In this document: positions 50,152 through 59,666 of the stretch, in pieces
Layout of the letters: the number at the start of each line of letters is the position of its first letter
How positions within the stretch are numbered: position 1 is the stretch's first letter
From: Coprothermobacterota bacterium
Lineage (GTDB): Bacteria > Coprothermobacterota > HKB111
Reading direction: 5' to 3'
DNA: 64,000 nt
Assembly (NCBI GenBank): GCA_037440465.1
Contig: JBBIUB010000001.1
Span: 20,307 to 84,306 of the forward strand
The notes under the pieces: generated by a model
The model's input: the letters and a program-made list of their open reading frames with translations, nothing else
Told to the model about the DNA's origin: nothing
Database searches by the model: none
Position numbers and translations under genes: made by a program

Positions 50152-50316
50152 TTTCCTTTTCCTCCTTACAAGAATTACTTAGAAATTTTACTTTCTTTCT
50201 AAGTTTAACAAAAAACTATTCTTCGCACTGAATCTTTACTATAAAACAACCTCCTTTCTTTCTTAATTTTTCAACTATAAACTTTTTCTTTACAATCTCA
50301 CACATTACTATTTATT

Positions 50317-51234
50317 TTAACTAATTTTTTTACTCTTTAGACTTTTTTCAAGAATATTCCTGAATAAATCTCTATCAATCTCAGTTACAATCTCAAGTCT
50401 TTCTCCTTCCTTTAAAACACTCATTCCCCTCATCGTTGTGTAATTTAATTCCATCTCCAGACCAGCAATAATCTTACCCTTAATAACCTCAGGATACAAA
50501 TAAGCAGCCATAGCTATTGGGTCAGGAAGTGTCAACTTCTCTAAGCCATAGAATTTATGGACAAATCTAATTGGAGTAGCTGCTAATTCCAAAAAAAGAT
50601 TACCGAGTCTACCTTTTCCTGCAGCAATTTCATTTACTTCTTTTTTTGAAAAAGGTATTTTAACGATAGGATCCCAGGGAACAATTAGAAAGGGTATATC
50701 AAGGTTTAACAAGTATTGCGCTGATTCGGGATCTGCAAAGAAATTAAATTCTGCGAACTTTGTAACATTACCTCTTTCAATTGCTCCTCCCATAGCCACA
50801 ATGCTCTTGACCTTTTTCTTTACTTCAGGAAATAGATTAAATGTTATAGCAAGGTTAGTCAGTGGTCCAAGTGTTATAATATCTATATTATCTTCCTTGA
50901 TGAGTAAGTCTTTTAATCCCTGAGGAGCTGAAACACTTTCTTCCATCTTTGAACCCAGAGGAAGAGAAACGTTACCAAGACCATCTTCTCCATGAACTCC
51001 TTCAGCACGAATTAACTTCTGAATTAGGGGAGCAGAAGCACCTTTATAAACAGGAATCTCTTCTCTTCCCATGAAATGGAGAAGGCGAAGGACATTACGC
51101 GTTGCTTTCTCTATAGAAACATTACCGTTGACAGTTGATATACCTATTACTTTTATATCCTTAGTTTGAAGTGCCATAATAATAGCTATGGCATCGTCTA
51201 TGCCACAATCAGTATCAATAATAATCTTCTTCAT
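50317..51234 (-). CDS. Nucleoside hydrolase (second paralog)
   Basis: It begins MKKIIIDTDCGIDDAIAIIMAL and is 305 aa. Confidence 0.9.
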   Translation of the reverse strand: MKKIIIDTDCGIDDAIAIIMALQTKDIKVIGISTVNGNVSIEKATRNVLRLLHFMGREEIPVYKGASAPLIQKLIRAEGVHGEDGLGNVSLPLGSKMEESVSAPQGLKDLLIKEDNIDIITLGPLTNLAITFNLFPEVKKKVKSIVAMGGAIERGNVTKFAEFNFFADPESAQYLLNLDIPFLIVPWDPIVKIPFSKKEVNEIAAGKGRLGNLFLELAATPIRFVHKFYGLEKLTLPDPIAMAAYLYPEVIKGKIIAGLEMELNYTTMRGMSVLKEGERLEIVTEIDRDLFRNILEKSLKSKKIS

Positions 51235-52126
51235 TTCTCTCCTTTAGGAAATCTAATATTTCTTGTTTCTCTGGTGCAGACTGAGAAGCACCCGGCCGGG
51301 TTACTGAGATGGCAGCTGCTGCGCAGGCAAAGGTAATTGCTTTATTAAAACTATATCTCTCACTAAGAGCTACCGCTAATGTACCATTAAAGACGTCTCC
51401 AGCTGCAGTGGAATCAAGTGCATCAACCTTGAAAGCTGGAAAGTGGAAACTATTATTCTCATCAACATAGTAACAACCTTTATTACCTAATTTGACCAGA
51501 ATCTTTTTCGCTCCCATTTCTTTTAAGATTTCCACACCTTCTAAATAATGAGGAACATTTGTGAGTTGTTGCAGCTCTACCTTATTAGGAGTAATAAGAT
51601 CGGGGAGATTAACAAATTCTTTCATTGATGAAGAAAAGGGTGCTGGGTCAAATATAGAGAAGACTTTCTTTTCCCTTGCTACCTTCAAGGCTTCTACAGT
51701 GGTTTCTATGGGAATTTCTCCCTGTAAAAGGAGAATGTCACCGGGAGAAGAAAGATTGCTAAAGATTCCCACATCATCAACGGATACAAGCTGGTTAGTT
51801 CCTTTTATAATTACTATTTTGTTTTCCCCAGTTTCTGATACATTTATAAGTGCAGTGCCTGTAGATGTTCTTTCATCCTTTACAAATTGAAGATTAAGCT
51901 TCTTGCTCTTAAGTTCCTGAATCAAGACATCACCAAAAAAGTCTGCACCGACCCTTCCTATAAAGGTTACTTCTCCCCCAGCCAGCTTAGCAGCGACAGC
52001 CTGGTTCGCCCCTTTTCCTCCCTGGTTCATAATAAACCTGGTACCTACAATGGTTTCCCCAACCTCAGGAAACTTATCCGAGAAAACCACCAGATCCATA
52101 TTCACCGAACCCAAGACAAAAATCAC
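51215..52126 (-). CDS. rbsK: Ribokinase
   Basis: The PfkB-family N-terminus has GG (NQGGKGANQA), and the C-terminal motif is DSTAAGDVFNGTLAVAL. Confidence 0.85.
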   Translation of the reverse strand: MIFVLGSVNMDLVVFSDKFPEVGETIVGTRFIMNQGGKGANQAVAAKLAGGEVTFIGRVGADFFGDVLIQELKSKKLNLQFVKDERTSTGTALINVSETGENKIVIIKGTNQLVSVDDVGIFSNLSSPGDILLLQGEIPIETTVEALKVAREKKVFSIFDPAPFSSSMKEFVNLPDLITPNKVELQQLTNVPHYLEGVEILKEMGAKKILVKLGNKGCYYVDENNSFHFPAFKVDALDSTAAGDVFNGTLAVALSERYSFNKAITFACAAAAISVTRPGASQSAPEKQEILDFLKERNEEDYY

Positions 52127-52408
52127 ATCTGCCTTCTAAGAAAATACATAGTCATAATCTTACAATTATTCCAATACCTAAAAGATTCACCCTTTCCACT
52201 CTTAAAAACAACTTTTTTACTTTTTATAAACTTAACCTCTGCTATTCAAATGTATATATATTGTGTATATTCTATACCAAAAATTAACACAGTCAACTAT
52301 TTTGGGTGATTATTTTATACACTTATATTAAAATAGAGTATAAATAATTATATTTATAAAAATCTTAAACAGAGAAGAATTTATTGGGGAGGTATTCAAA
52401 AAAAGAGG

Positions 52409-53752
52409 ATGAAAGTCCAGGATTATATCAAAAGATTATTTTACGACTCCGAAATCGTAGAAAAGGATCCAGAGTGGGAAGTAATAAAATCTCAGGATAA
52501 TATCAGAACAACATACCTTACAATGCTCTGGAATAGTAGGGTTCCTTACTCCAATGCACCAGAATCTCTGGTAGCCAGTTCCATACAGTCTTTAGAAAAT
52601 CAAGGGTTTGATATGGCTAGAAGGGAAAAGCTGTTTAAAGAAGGGTTAAAAGCATTGGAAGAAAAGGATGTAAAAAAGCTGGAACTATTTACTCCTAAAA
52701 TATTTTCCACCAATTATTTAAGGAGAATAAAAAATCATCCTTACCTGAAATTTTCACGACCTTCAAGCTTTGAGGAAGTATCTAAGGATTTCCCTATTAT
52801 AAGTAAAGAAAAAATCAAATCCAGAGAAAGGGTCTATGGGGGCTTACTCGGAAGCATTATTGGTGGAGCTTATGGTACTCCCATAGAGGGTTATACATAC
52901 TGGCAACTGGAAAAAAGATATGATAAATTTGACTACTATTTAAGACCTGTGAACACAATCAATGATGATATATGCTTTCAAATAGTCTTTCTATTAAAAT
53001 ACCTTAAAAAGGGTGATAAAATAACCTCTCGAGATGTAGCATATGGCTGGTTAAAATATATACCTTTTGGATGGTCAGCGGAGTTAATAGCGCTGGAGAA
53101 TTTAAGAAGAGGCATCTTTCCACCTCAATCTGCAACACTCAATAATCCATTTGGCGAATGGATAGGTGCAGCCATGCGTGGAACTATGCCAGGTCTTATC
53201 TCCGCAGGTGACCCAAATAAAGCAGTTAGGTTGGCCTACACGGATGCTACTGTATCCCATTATCTTAATGGTGTATATGGAGAGATGTTTATATCAGCAC
53301 TGACTTCTCTAGCTTTTATCTGTAATAATATTGAGGAAATAATTAACACTGGTAAAAAATTTGTACCGCATAATACTGAGCTATACTCGGTTATTGATGA
53401 AATTTTAAGTGAAATAAATAGGGATAGGAATTTTTTCAGACTGAGAGATTACATATACAGAAGATTTCAGGATTACAACTGGATTCATCTTTATCCTAAT
53501 ATAGCAGTGGTTTTAGTATCTCTTTTATTGGGAAAAGAAGATTTTCAAAAAACCTTAGAAATGATTGGCAAGTCAGGTTTTGATGTAGATTGCAATGGTG
53601 GTATGGCATTGAGTATCCTGGGCGTTTTAAATCCAGAAAGTATTCCACAAGCTTTAATAAAACCAATTACCAACAAGATAAATACTTACCTGAGAGGTAT
53701 GGAAGAGATACAGGTAGATTACCTTGTAGATGAGATTATGAAAGCACAATAA
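52409..53752 (+). CDS. ADP-ribosylglycohydrolase (ARH/DraG) family protein with an approximately 130-aa N-terminal extension
   Basis: The ARH-domain onset is RERVYGGLLGSIIGGAYGTPIEG. Later Asp-rich metal-binding segments are present (GFDVDCNGG). Confidence 0.7.
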   Translation: MKVQDYIKRLFYDSEIVEKDPEWEVIKSQDNIRTTYLTMLWNSRVPYSNAPESLVASSIQSLENQGFDMARREKLFKEGLKALEEKDVKKLELFTPKIFSTNYLRRIKNHPYLKFSRPSSFEEVSKDFPIISKEKIKSRERVYGGLLGSIIGGAYGTPIEGYTYWQLEKRYDKFDYYLRPVNTINDDICFQIVFLLKYLKKGDKITSRDVAYGWLKYIPFGWSAELIALENLRRGIFPPQSATLNNPFGEWIGAAMRGTMPGLISAGDPNKAVRLAYTDATVSHYLNGVYGEMFISALTSLAFICNNIEEIINTGKKFVPHNTELYSVIDEILSEINRDRNFFRLRDYIYRRFQDYNWIHLYPNIAVVLVSLLLGKEDFQKTLEMIGKSGFDVDCNGGMALSILGVLNPESIPQALIKPITNKINTYLRGMEEIQVDYLVDEIMKAQ

Positions 53753-53764
53753 CATGAGTTACTT

Positions 53765-54424
53765 ATGACAGTTAGCGAAAACAGAAAAAACCTGATCTGG
53801 ATATATAATCAACTTTACCAATTCTTTGGTCCCCAGCACTGGTGGCCAGCAAGAACTCCTTTTGAAGTAATGATAGGTGCGATACTAACTCAGAACACTT
53901 CCTGGTTAAATGTTGAGAAGGCAATAAATAACCTTAAAAGGGATAACTTATTGGAGATAGAAAAGATAAAACATCTAAATACTGACAAACTGGCTTCAAT
54001 AATCAAACCTGCTGGTTATTATAATATTAAAGCCAGAAGAATTAAAAACCTTGTAAAATTATTATGTTCAATATACTCAAGTGATTTTGATAAGATGTCT
54101 GACCTAGACCTTTCAAAACTAAGGACAGAACTCCTTTCTATAAATGGGATAGGACCCGAAACGGCAGACTCAATACTTCTTTATGCTCTTAATAAACCTG
54201 TATTTGTGATTGATGCTTACACCAGAAGGGTATTAGCCCGACACAATATTTTAGATGAAGAAGCTACTTATGAATGTTTTCAAATCTATTTCATGAACAA
54301 CCTTCCTCATGACATAAGGCTCTTTAAAGAATTTCATGCCTTACTGGTTCAACTTGGAAAAAACATCTGCAGGAAGGTTCCTGCTTGTGATGTCTGTCCA
54401 CTTAAAACCCTGAAAAACATATGA
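53765..54424 (+). CDS. HhH-GPD (endonuclease III-like) DNA glycosylase family protein
   Basis: It has a helix-hairpin-helix region (LLSINGIGPETADSILLYAL) followed by a catalytic Asp, and a C-terminal Cys cluster C-x6-C-x2-C in which only 3 Cys are visible. Confidence 0.7.
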   Translation: MTVSENRKNLIWIYNQLYQFFGPQHWWPARTPFEVMIGAILTQNTSWLNVEKAINNLKRDNLLEIEKIKHLNTDKLASIIKPAGYYNIKARRIKNLVKLLCSIYSSDFDKMSDLDLSKLRTELLSINGIGPETADSILLYALNKPVFVIDAYTRRVLARHNILDEEATYECFQIYFMNNLPHDIRLFKEFHALLVQLGKNICRKVPACDVCPLKTLKNI

Positions 54425-54457
54425 TAGTGGTAAAATTCTAACTGGTAGGGATAGTCA

Positions 54458-55045
54458 ATGATCCATAATATGAAGAAAAACAGTAATAAGAAAATAAATA
54501 ACCTGTCGGTTTTTGATAAAAACTTTAAAGAAATACTAACTTCACAACTGGTTTCTATATCAGGTGGACTCATAGCAGGAATCGTTCTCGCTGTATACAC
54601 TGATAAGATTTTCCTTATACCAGGAATGCTTATTCTACTTCCAGGATTTCTGGAAATGCGTGGAAATATTAGTGGCTCTCTTGCCTCAAGAATAAGCTCC
54701 GGTTTATTCTTAGGGGTGATTAAAACAGACAAGATCAATACCCCACTGATTAGAGGTAATATCCTAGCTTCCTTCCTGCTGGCTGTACTGGTATCCTTTG
54801 CTCTCGGTACTGTAACTTTTCTGTTAAATTTTTTGGCCTTTCGAATATTCACTCCGGAAATCATAATCATAGCTATTATTGCTGGATGTCTCGCTAATCT
54901 TGTGGAAATCCCTCTTACCCTTTTAACCACTCTCTACATCTTCAAGAAAGGGTACGATCCTAATAACATAATGGGTCCTTTTGTAACATCTACAGGAGAT
55001 ATAATCAGCATACTATCTCTCCTGATTGCGTTGGTGATAGTATGA
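54458..55045 (+). CDS. MgtE-type transmembrane domain protein (half 1 of a split SLC41/MgtE-like divalent cation transporter)
   Basis: It has 5 predicted TM helices and the motif LLPGFLEMRGNISGSLASRIS, which is typical of MgtE TM domains. It lacks the MgtE_N and CBS domains. Confidence 0.5.
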   Translation: MIHNMKKNSNKKINNLSVFDKNFKEILTSQLVSISGGLIAGIVLAVYTDKIFLIPGMLILLPGFLEMRGNISGSLASRISSGLFLGVIKTDKINTPLIRGNILASFLLAVLVSFALGTVTFLLNFLAFRIFTPEIIIIAIIAGCLANLVEIPLTLLTTLYIFKKGYDPNNIMGPFVTSTGDIISILSLLIALVIV

Positions 55046-55737
55046 AAAAGGTTACTGAACACCTTGAAAAGCTGAAAGGAACACCAAGGAAAAAACATCA
55101 TTCTCTAATAGATGAGATTCATACTGAACATAGGATTTCCAAGAAGACCCTCTTTTATATAAAAGAATATGGACCAAAATCCAATGTTCCCAGAACCATC
55201 ATCAGGGAAAGCGTCCTTATACTTCTACTGGCTTCGGCGGTTAGTTCTCTGGGAGGCTTCGCACTGGAAAGAATAAAAGTCACTTTTATCTCCCTCATGC
55301 CTTTAGTAGTCTTGTTACCTGCCTTAAATGACATGATAGGAGATTACGGAGTAATAGTATCTTCCAGGGTTTCTACTATGCTACACCAGGGTAAAATGAG
55401 GAAAAACTGGTGGTTGGATAAAGAGTTAAGGAAATTATTTCTTCAGATTTTGATTATTGCACTAATTACTACTGTTTTAAGTGTTCTTGTGGCCTTTTTT
55501 GCTTCCAAGTTTTCAGGTTATTCCACCAGCATATACACTACACTTAAGATTTTCTTTATAGCAATCCTTGATGTCTTGATAATTGTAAACATTTTATTTT
55601 TCACAAGTCTTAAAGCTGGATGGTATTTATATAAAAAGGAAGAGGATCCTAATAACTTTCTTATTCCTATTACCACCTCTATAGCAGATTTTGGTAATAT
55701 GGTTCTTTTATGGGTTCTGGTAAGACTGCTTTTTTAA
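55042..55737 (+). CDS. MgtE-type transmembrane domain protein (half 2)
   Basis: Its start overlaps the previous stop by 4 nt. It carries the paralogous motif LLPALNDMIGDYGVIVSSRVS and has 5 TM helices. Confidence 0.5.
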   Translation: MKKVTEHLEKLKGTPRKKHHSLIDEIHTEHRISKKTLFYIKEYGPKSNVPRTIIRESVLILLLASAVSSLGGFALERIKVTFISLMPLVVLLPALNDMIGDYGVIVSSRVSTMLHQGKMRKNWWLDKELRKLFLQILIIALITTVLSVLVAFFASKFSGYSTSIYTTLKIFFIAILDVLIIVNILFFTSLKAGWYLYKKEEDPNNFLIPITTSIADFGNMVLLWVLVRLLF

Positions 55738-55771
55738 AAAAGAAGGCCCACTAACCTGTGCTTCAGAAAGC

Positions 55772-57055
55772 CTACCTTTTTATGAACTGGTCTCTTTCTG
55801 GTCCTACAGACACTGCTTTAATGGGTATATTTATAAGATTTTCTAAGTAATTTACATACTCCTTAGCTTCAAAAGGTAGGTCTTTAAAAGAGCGACAACT
55901 CACCAAGTTTCCTTCCCAACCAGGTAAGGTATCGTAAACAGGCAATAATCTTAAGAATTCGGTTATTGAAGCAGGAGGATGCTCTATCACTTTACCATCC
56001 AGGTTATAAGAGCTTGCTACCTTGATCTCTTTTAAACCACTTAAAACATCAAGCTTGGTTAGGATTATCTCCGTAGTCCCGCTTACAAAAGCAGTGTACC
56101 TTGCCAGAACACCATCAAACCACCCACATCTGCGAGGACGACCAGTAGTAGCCCCAAACTCCTTACCTTTCTGTCTTAGGTACTCTCCTGTTTCATTAAC
56201 CTGCTCGGTGGGCAAGGGACCACCACCTACACGACTGATATAGGTTTTATACACCCCTATTACTCTATTAATGGATTTTAATGGTAAGCCAGTGCCAACA
56301 AGAGCTCCTCCTGTCATTGTATGGGATGAGGTTACAAAGGGGTAAGTCCCAAAATCAAGATCCAAAAGAGCGCCCTGGGCACCTTCTAATAAAATTTTCT
56401 TCCCGGAAGTGAGAGCTTCCTGCCAGAATGCAATTGAGTCAACAATGAGATCTTTTACTTCAGCAGTTTCCAATATCAAGTTAGATATAATATCATCAGC
56501 ATTCAATAATGGTTTATTCAAAACCTGCAACAATAGATTAACCTCTTTTACTCTGTTAATAATGACATCTGCTAACTCATCTGGTTTCTTAAGAAGAGCG
56601 ATCACAACTCCATCTCTTCTTGCCTTATCTCCATAAGCAGGACCTATACCTCTTCTGGTAGTTCCAATTTTTTTAGTACGTATTTCTTCTTCAATGTCTT
56701 CCAAAACAGGGTGATATGGTAAAACTAAATGCGCACGCTCACTTATATAAAGTTGTGGTTGAAAACCCATTTTCTTAAGATTATTTAACTCTTTTATGAG
56801 TTGTCCAAGGTCAATAACAACACCATTTCCTATCAAACCAACCACACCTTCATGAAGTAGGCCAGAAGGTAAGAGGTGAAAAATATATGTTTTGTCTTTT
56901 ATTTTAACAGTGTGGCCAGCATTACTACCACCATTAAAACGAGCAACTATTTCATAATCTGCTGCAAGAAGGTCAATTATGCGACCCTTACCTTCATCTC
57001 CAAATTGCATACCTATTACTATATCAACCATTTTCTGATGCTCTTTTTCTTCCAT
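55772..57055 (-). CDS. purA: Adenylosuccinate synthetase
   Basis: The P-loop GMQFGDEGKGRIIDLL is present, with GHTV and TTGRGIGPAY motifs. The true start may be the Met at 57031 (MVDIVIG...). Confidence 0.95.
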   Translation of the reverse strand: MEEKEHQKMVDIVIGMQFGDEGKGRIIDLLAADYEIVARFNGGSNAGHTVKIKDKTYIFHLLPSGLLHEGVVGLIGNGVVIDLGQLIKELNNLKKMGFQPQLYISERAHLVLPYHPVLEDIEEEIRTKKIGTTRRGIGPAYGDKARRDGVVIALLKKPDELADVIINRVKEVNLLLQVLNKPLLNADDIISNLILETAEVKDLIVDSIAFWQEALTSGKKILLEGAQGALLDLDFGTYPFVTSSHTMTGGALVGTGLPLKSINRVIGVYKTYISRVGGGPLPTEQVNETGEYLRQKGKEFGATTGRPRRCGWFDGVLARYTAFVSGTTEIILTKLDVLSGLKEIKVASSYNLDGKVIEHPPASITEFLRLLPVYDTLPGWEGNLVSCRSFKDLPFEAKEYVNYLENLINIPIKAVSVGPERDQFIKR

Positions 57056-57064
57056 GAATAATAA

Positions 57065-58363
57065 TTACTCCTGACACCGTGCGAAAATATCTTCTACATT
57101 GGATAAATAAATATCAGGTTTACCAAGTTCATCCAGCTCTTGCCCACTTATAATAGAGACAAGATCGGGGTTATGTTTAATAGCATCTTTTAAATCAATT
57201 CCTTCATCCATAGCAGTATTAACCAAGCCCTGAACAATTTGATAAGCCTTACCTCTTCTAAGTCCTTTCTTTTGAAGAAGTACCAATAGCTCCTCTGAGT
57301 AAATATAACCATCAAGAAGTTTCAGGTTCTTCTCTATAAGGCTGGTATTTATCTCAAGGTTATTAACCACTTCAAAGAGAGTAAGATACATGTAATCAAG
57401 TAAAATAAATATTTCAGGAATAACAAATCTTTCAACCGAAGAATGGCTAATATCACGTTCATACCAAAGACTAACGTTTTCAAGTACCGGAGTAACTCTT
57501 GAGCGTATTAACCTGCTAATCCCGCATAATCGTTCGCACAAAATAGGATTTCTCTTGTGGGGCATAGCTGAAGAACCTTTTTGTCCTTTATAAAAAGGTT
57601 CGCTGGCTTCACCTACTTCAGTTTGTTGAAACAACCTAATCTGAAGAGCTATCCTCTCAATATTTGCAGTTGCCACAGCTGCTGTAGTTACAAGAAATGC
57701 TATCCTGTCCCGTGGAACTATCTGAGTTGATACAGGTTCAATTTCTAACCCTAATTCATCAAGAATTTCTTTTTCTAATGCAGGTGTTATGAAAGCATAA
57801 TTTCCAACGGCTCCTGAAATTTTTCCAAAAGAAACTCCTTTAAGCGCATAAGATAGACGCTCCCTATCCCTCTTTAGGGAACTGAACCAACCTAGAATTC
57901 TCACTCCCAAGCTCAATGGCTCAGCATGCACACCATGAGTTCTGCCAATAGCCAATTGCTTTTTATACTGAGTTGCCTTACTTCTTAATGCACCAGAAGC
58001 CTTATTAAGACTATCCAGAAGAAGCTCACCTGCCTGCTTGAATAACAAGCCAAGTGCTGAATCTTCTATATCGTAGGAAGTAAGACCAAGATGTAAGTAC
58101 TGTGATAAGTCTCCTATTTGTTCTTCAACACTTTGAACAAAGGCTAATAGGTCATGTCGTGAAGATTTTTCCAGCTCTTTGATTCGGTCAGTGTTGATGC
58201 TTGACAGGTTCCTTATTTTTTCAAAAACTCCTGTAGGAATCAGTTGGTGTCTTTCTCTAACCTTTAAGACAGCTAATTCTACCTCAAGCCAGCGATTTAA
58301 CTTTGACTCTTCGGTAAATAAATCAAGCATCTCTTTTCTACTGTATCTTTTTAAAGCGTTCAT
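57065..58363 (-). CDS. purB: Adenylosuccinate lyase
   Basis: A 432-aa fumarate-lyase superfamily protein with the signature GSSAMPHKRNP. An RBS (GGAGGA) is upstream. Confidence 0.95.
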   Translation of the reverse strand: MNALKRYSRKEMLDLFTEESKLNRWLEVELAVLKVRERHQLIPTGVFEKIRNLSSINTDRIKELEKSSRHDLLAFVQSVEEQIGDLSQYLHLGLTSYDIEDSALGLLFKQAGELLLDSLNKASGALRSKATQYKKQLAIGRTHGVHAEPLSLGVRILGWFSSLKRDRERLSYALKGVSFGKISGAVGNYAFITPALEKEILDELGLEIEPVSTQIVPRDRIAFLVTTAAVATANIERIALQIRLFQQTEVGEASEPFYKGQKGSSAMPHKRNPILCERLCGISRLIRSRVTPVLENVSLWYERDISHSSVERFVIPEIFILLDYMYLTLFEVVNNLEINTSLIEKNLKLLDGYIYSEELLVLLQKKGLRRGKAYQIVQGLVNTAMDEGIDLKDAIKHNPDLVSIISGQELDELGKPDIYLSNVEDIFARCQE

Positions 58364-58868
58364 GTATTATCCTCCGCTTATTATTCTACCAGATAAAGTA
58401 ATTTCCCCTGAATTCTTCAACCAAATAAGGCATTTGCTAAATAACTATAACTATAAGAGAGGTTAGCAAAGTTAATAAGATTATAACTATATATGAATTA
58501 TGCACTCTTTCTTGCTAATGAAAAGAAGTAATCTTCAATCAATTTATCAATTCTTCTTTGGTAATAGAGGAAGTGTCTTTTCCAGGTTCAGGGTAGTAAC
58601 TATATTTCTGGCAATAAGCTTCACTTCTCGTTTGCTCAATTGGTATTTTCCAGGCATAATCAGGAGTAAGAAAATATCCACAACAGAACCAACCAGAACA
58701 ATAAAGTTAAAAAAGAGCCACCGTAAAAGTAATTAAAGCCACAGTATAGAGATAGACTTTTGGAACGGTCCAGTTACTCAATTGTATCCTCCAAAATATT
58801 TCTATTTTTTGTTCTTTATTATTACTAAAAGAATGGTAATATTAACAATTGAAAGGAGAAAGCTCAAA

Positions 58869-59666
58869 ATGCTGGAAATATCTTCAGAGAGTATTGATAT
58901 CTTAAGATTTGTTAAAGACTATCATTTTTCTAAAATAACCCTGGATATAGAAACCCTTGACACAAGCAAACCAGCTATGTGGGATGAACCTATGGTTTCC
59001 TTTGCCATCTCTTTCATTCCGGATAATCTTATTCCTTTAGTAGTAGATATGCCTACTTTTGCATGGTGCATAGAAGATACTGAAGAAGAGGGGAAACTTT
59101 TATTAAGGTTAAAAGAAATATTTAATTATCTTAAAATAAGCACTCTCATAATCGGTCATAATGTAGCTTATGAACTTCAATGTAAGAAGTTAGAAGAATG
59201 GAATAATAAAACAGGATATGATATCCCTAAGATTATAAAAAGAGGAAAGGTTTGGGGACTTGACTTTAATTTTATAAAAGAATTCCCAACATATGATACT
59301 ATTGATGTAGCTTATTTCAAACTTAATCATATAGAACATGGAATATTTGGGAATTATGGTCTAAAAAAAATATTGAAAAGTGAAGAATTAGAATCGTTTT
59401 TTAAAATTAAACGACCTTCAGGCTTACCAAAATTAGGGCCTGCTGTTAGTGAATACTTTAAAGATGGAAGATACAAGGAGATAATTCTATATAACTGCTC
59501 TGATGTCATTGTCCAATCCCTTTTTTATCGTTTTATGGAACATAAATTAACTGTTTGTCCGGAAAAAAATGGATTGATTTCAATTAAAAAAAACTGTGAA
59601 CATATTCCCATTATTATTAAATTAGATGAAATTGAGACCTGGAAAAGTCTTATTAAGGAGGTTTAA
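58869..59666 (+). CDS. Predicted 3'-5' exonuclease of the DEDD/RNase H-like superfamily (related to the PolB exonuclease domain)
   Basis: Exo I is LDIETLD, Exo II is IGHNVAYEL and Exo III is YNCSDV. I took the start at ATG 58869 behind an AAAGGAGAAAG RBS. The upstream 29 codons of the ORF-track call are AT-rich read-through. Confidence 0.6.
   Translation: MLEISSESIDILRFVKDYHFSKITLDIETLDTSKPAMWDEPMVSFAISFIPDNLIPLVVDMPTFAWCIEDTEEEGKLLLRLKEIFNYLKISTLIIGHNVAYELQCKKLEEWNNKTGYDIPKIIKRGKVWGLDFNFIKEFPTYDTIDVAYFKLNHIEHGIFGNYGLKKILKSEELESFFKIKRPSGLPKLGPAVSEYFKDGRYKEIILYNCSDVIVQSLFYRFMEHKLTVCPEKNGLISIKKNCEHIPIIIKLDEIETWKSLIKEV

Noticed and set aside
58364-58500. Purine riboswitch upstream of purB
   Set aside because: The 5' leader lacks the conserved purine-aptamer core (U-rich junction, GGGxxxxCCC P2/P3 pairing). 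Only a simple repeat and an RBS are visible.
58500-58868. ORF 58500-58736 (78 aa) and the first 29 codons of ORF 58782-59666
   Set aside because: They are Lys/Phe/Ser-rich low-complexity translations of an AT-rich intergenic region. The exonuclease gene has a proper RBS at the internal ATG 58869.
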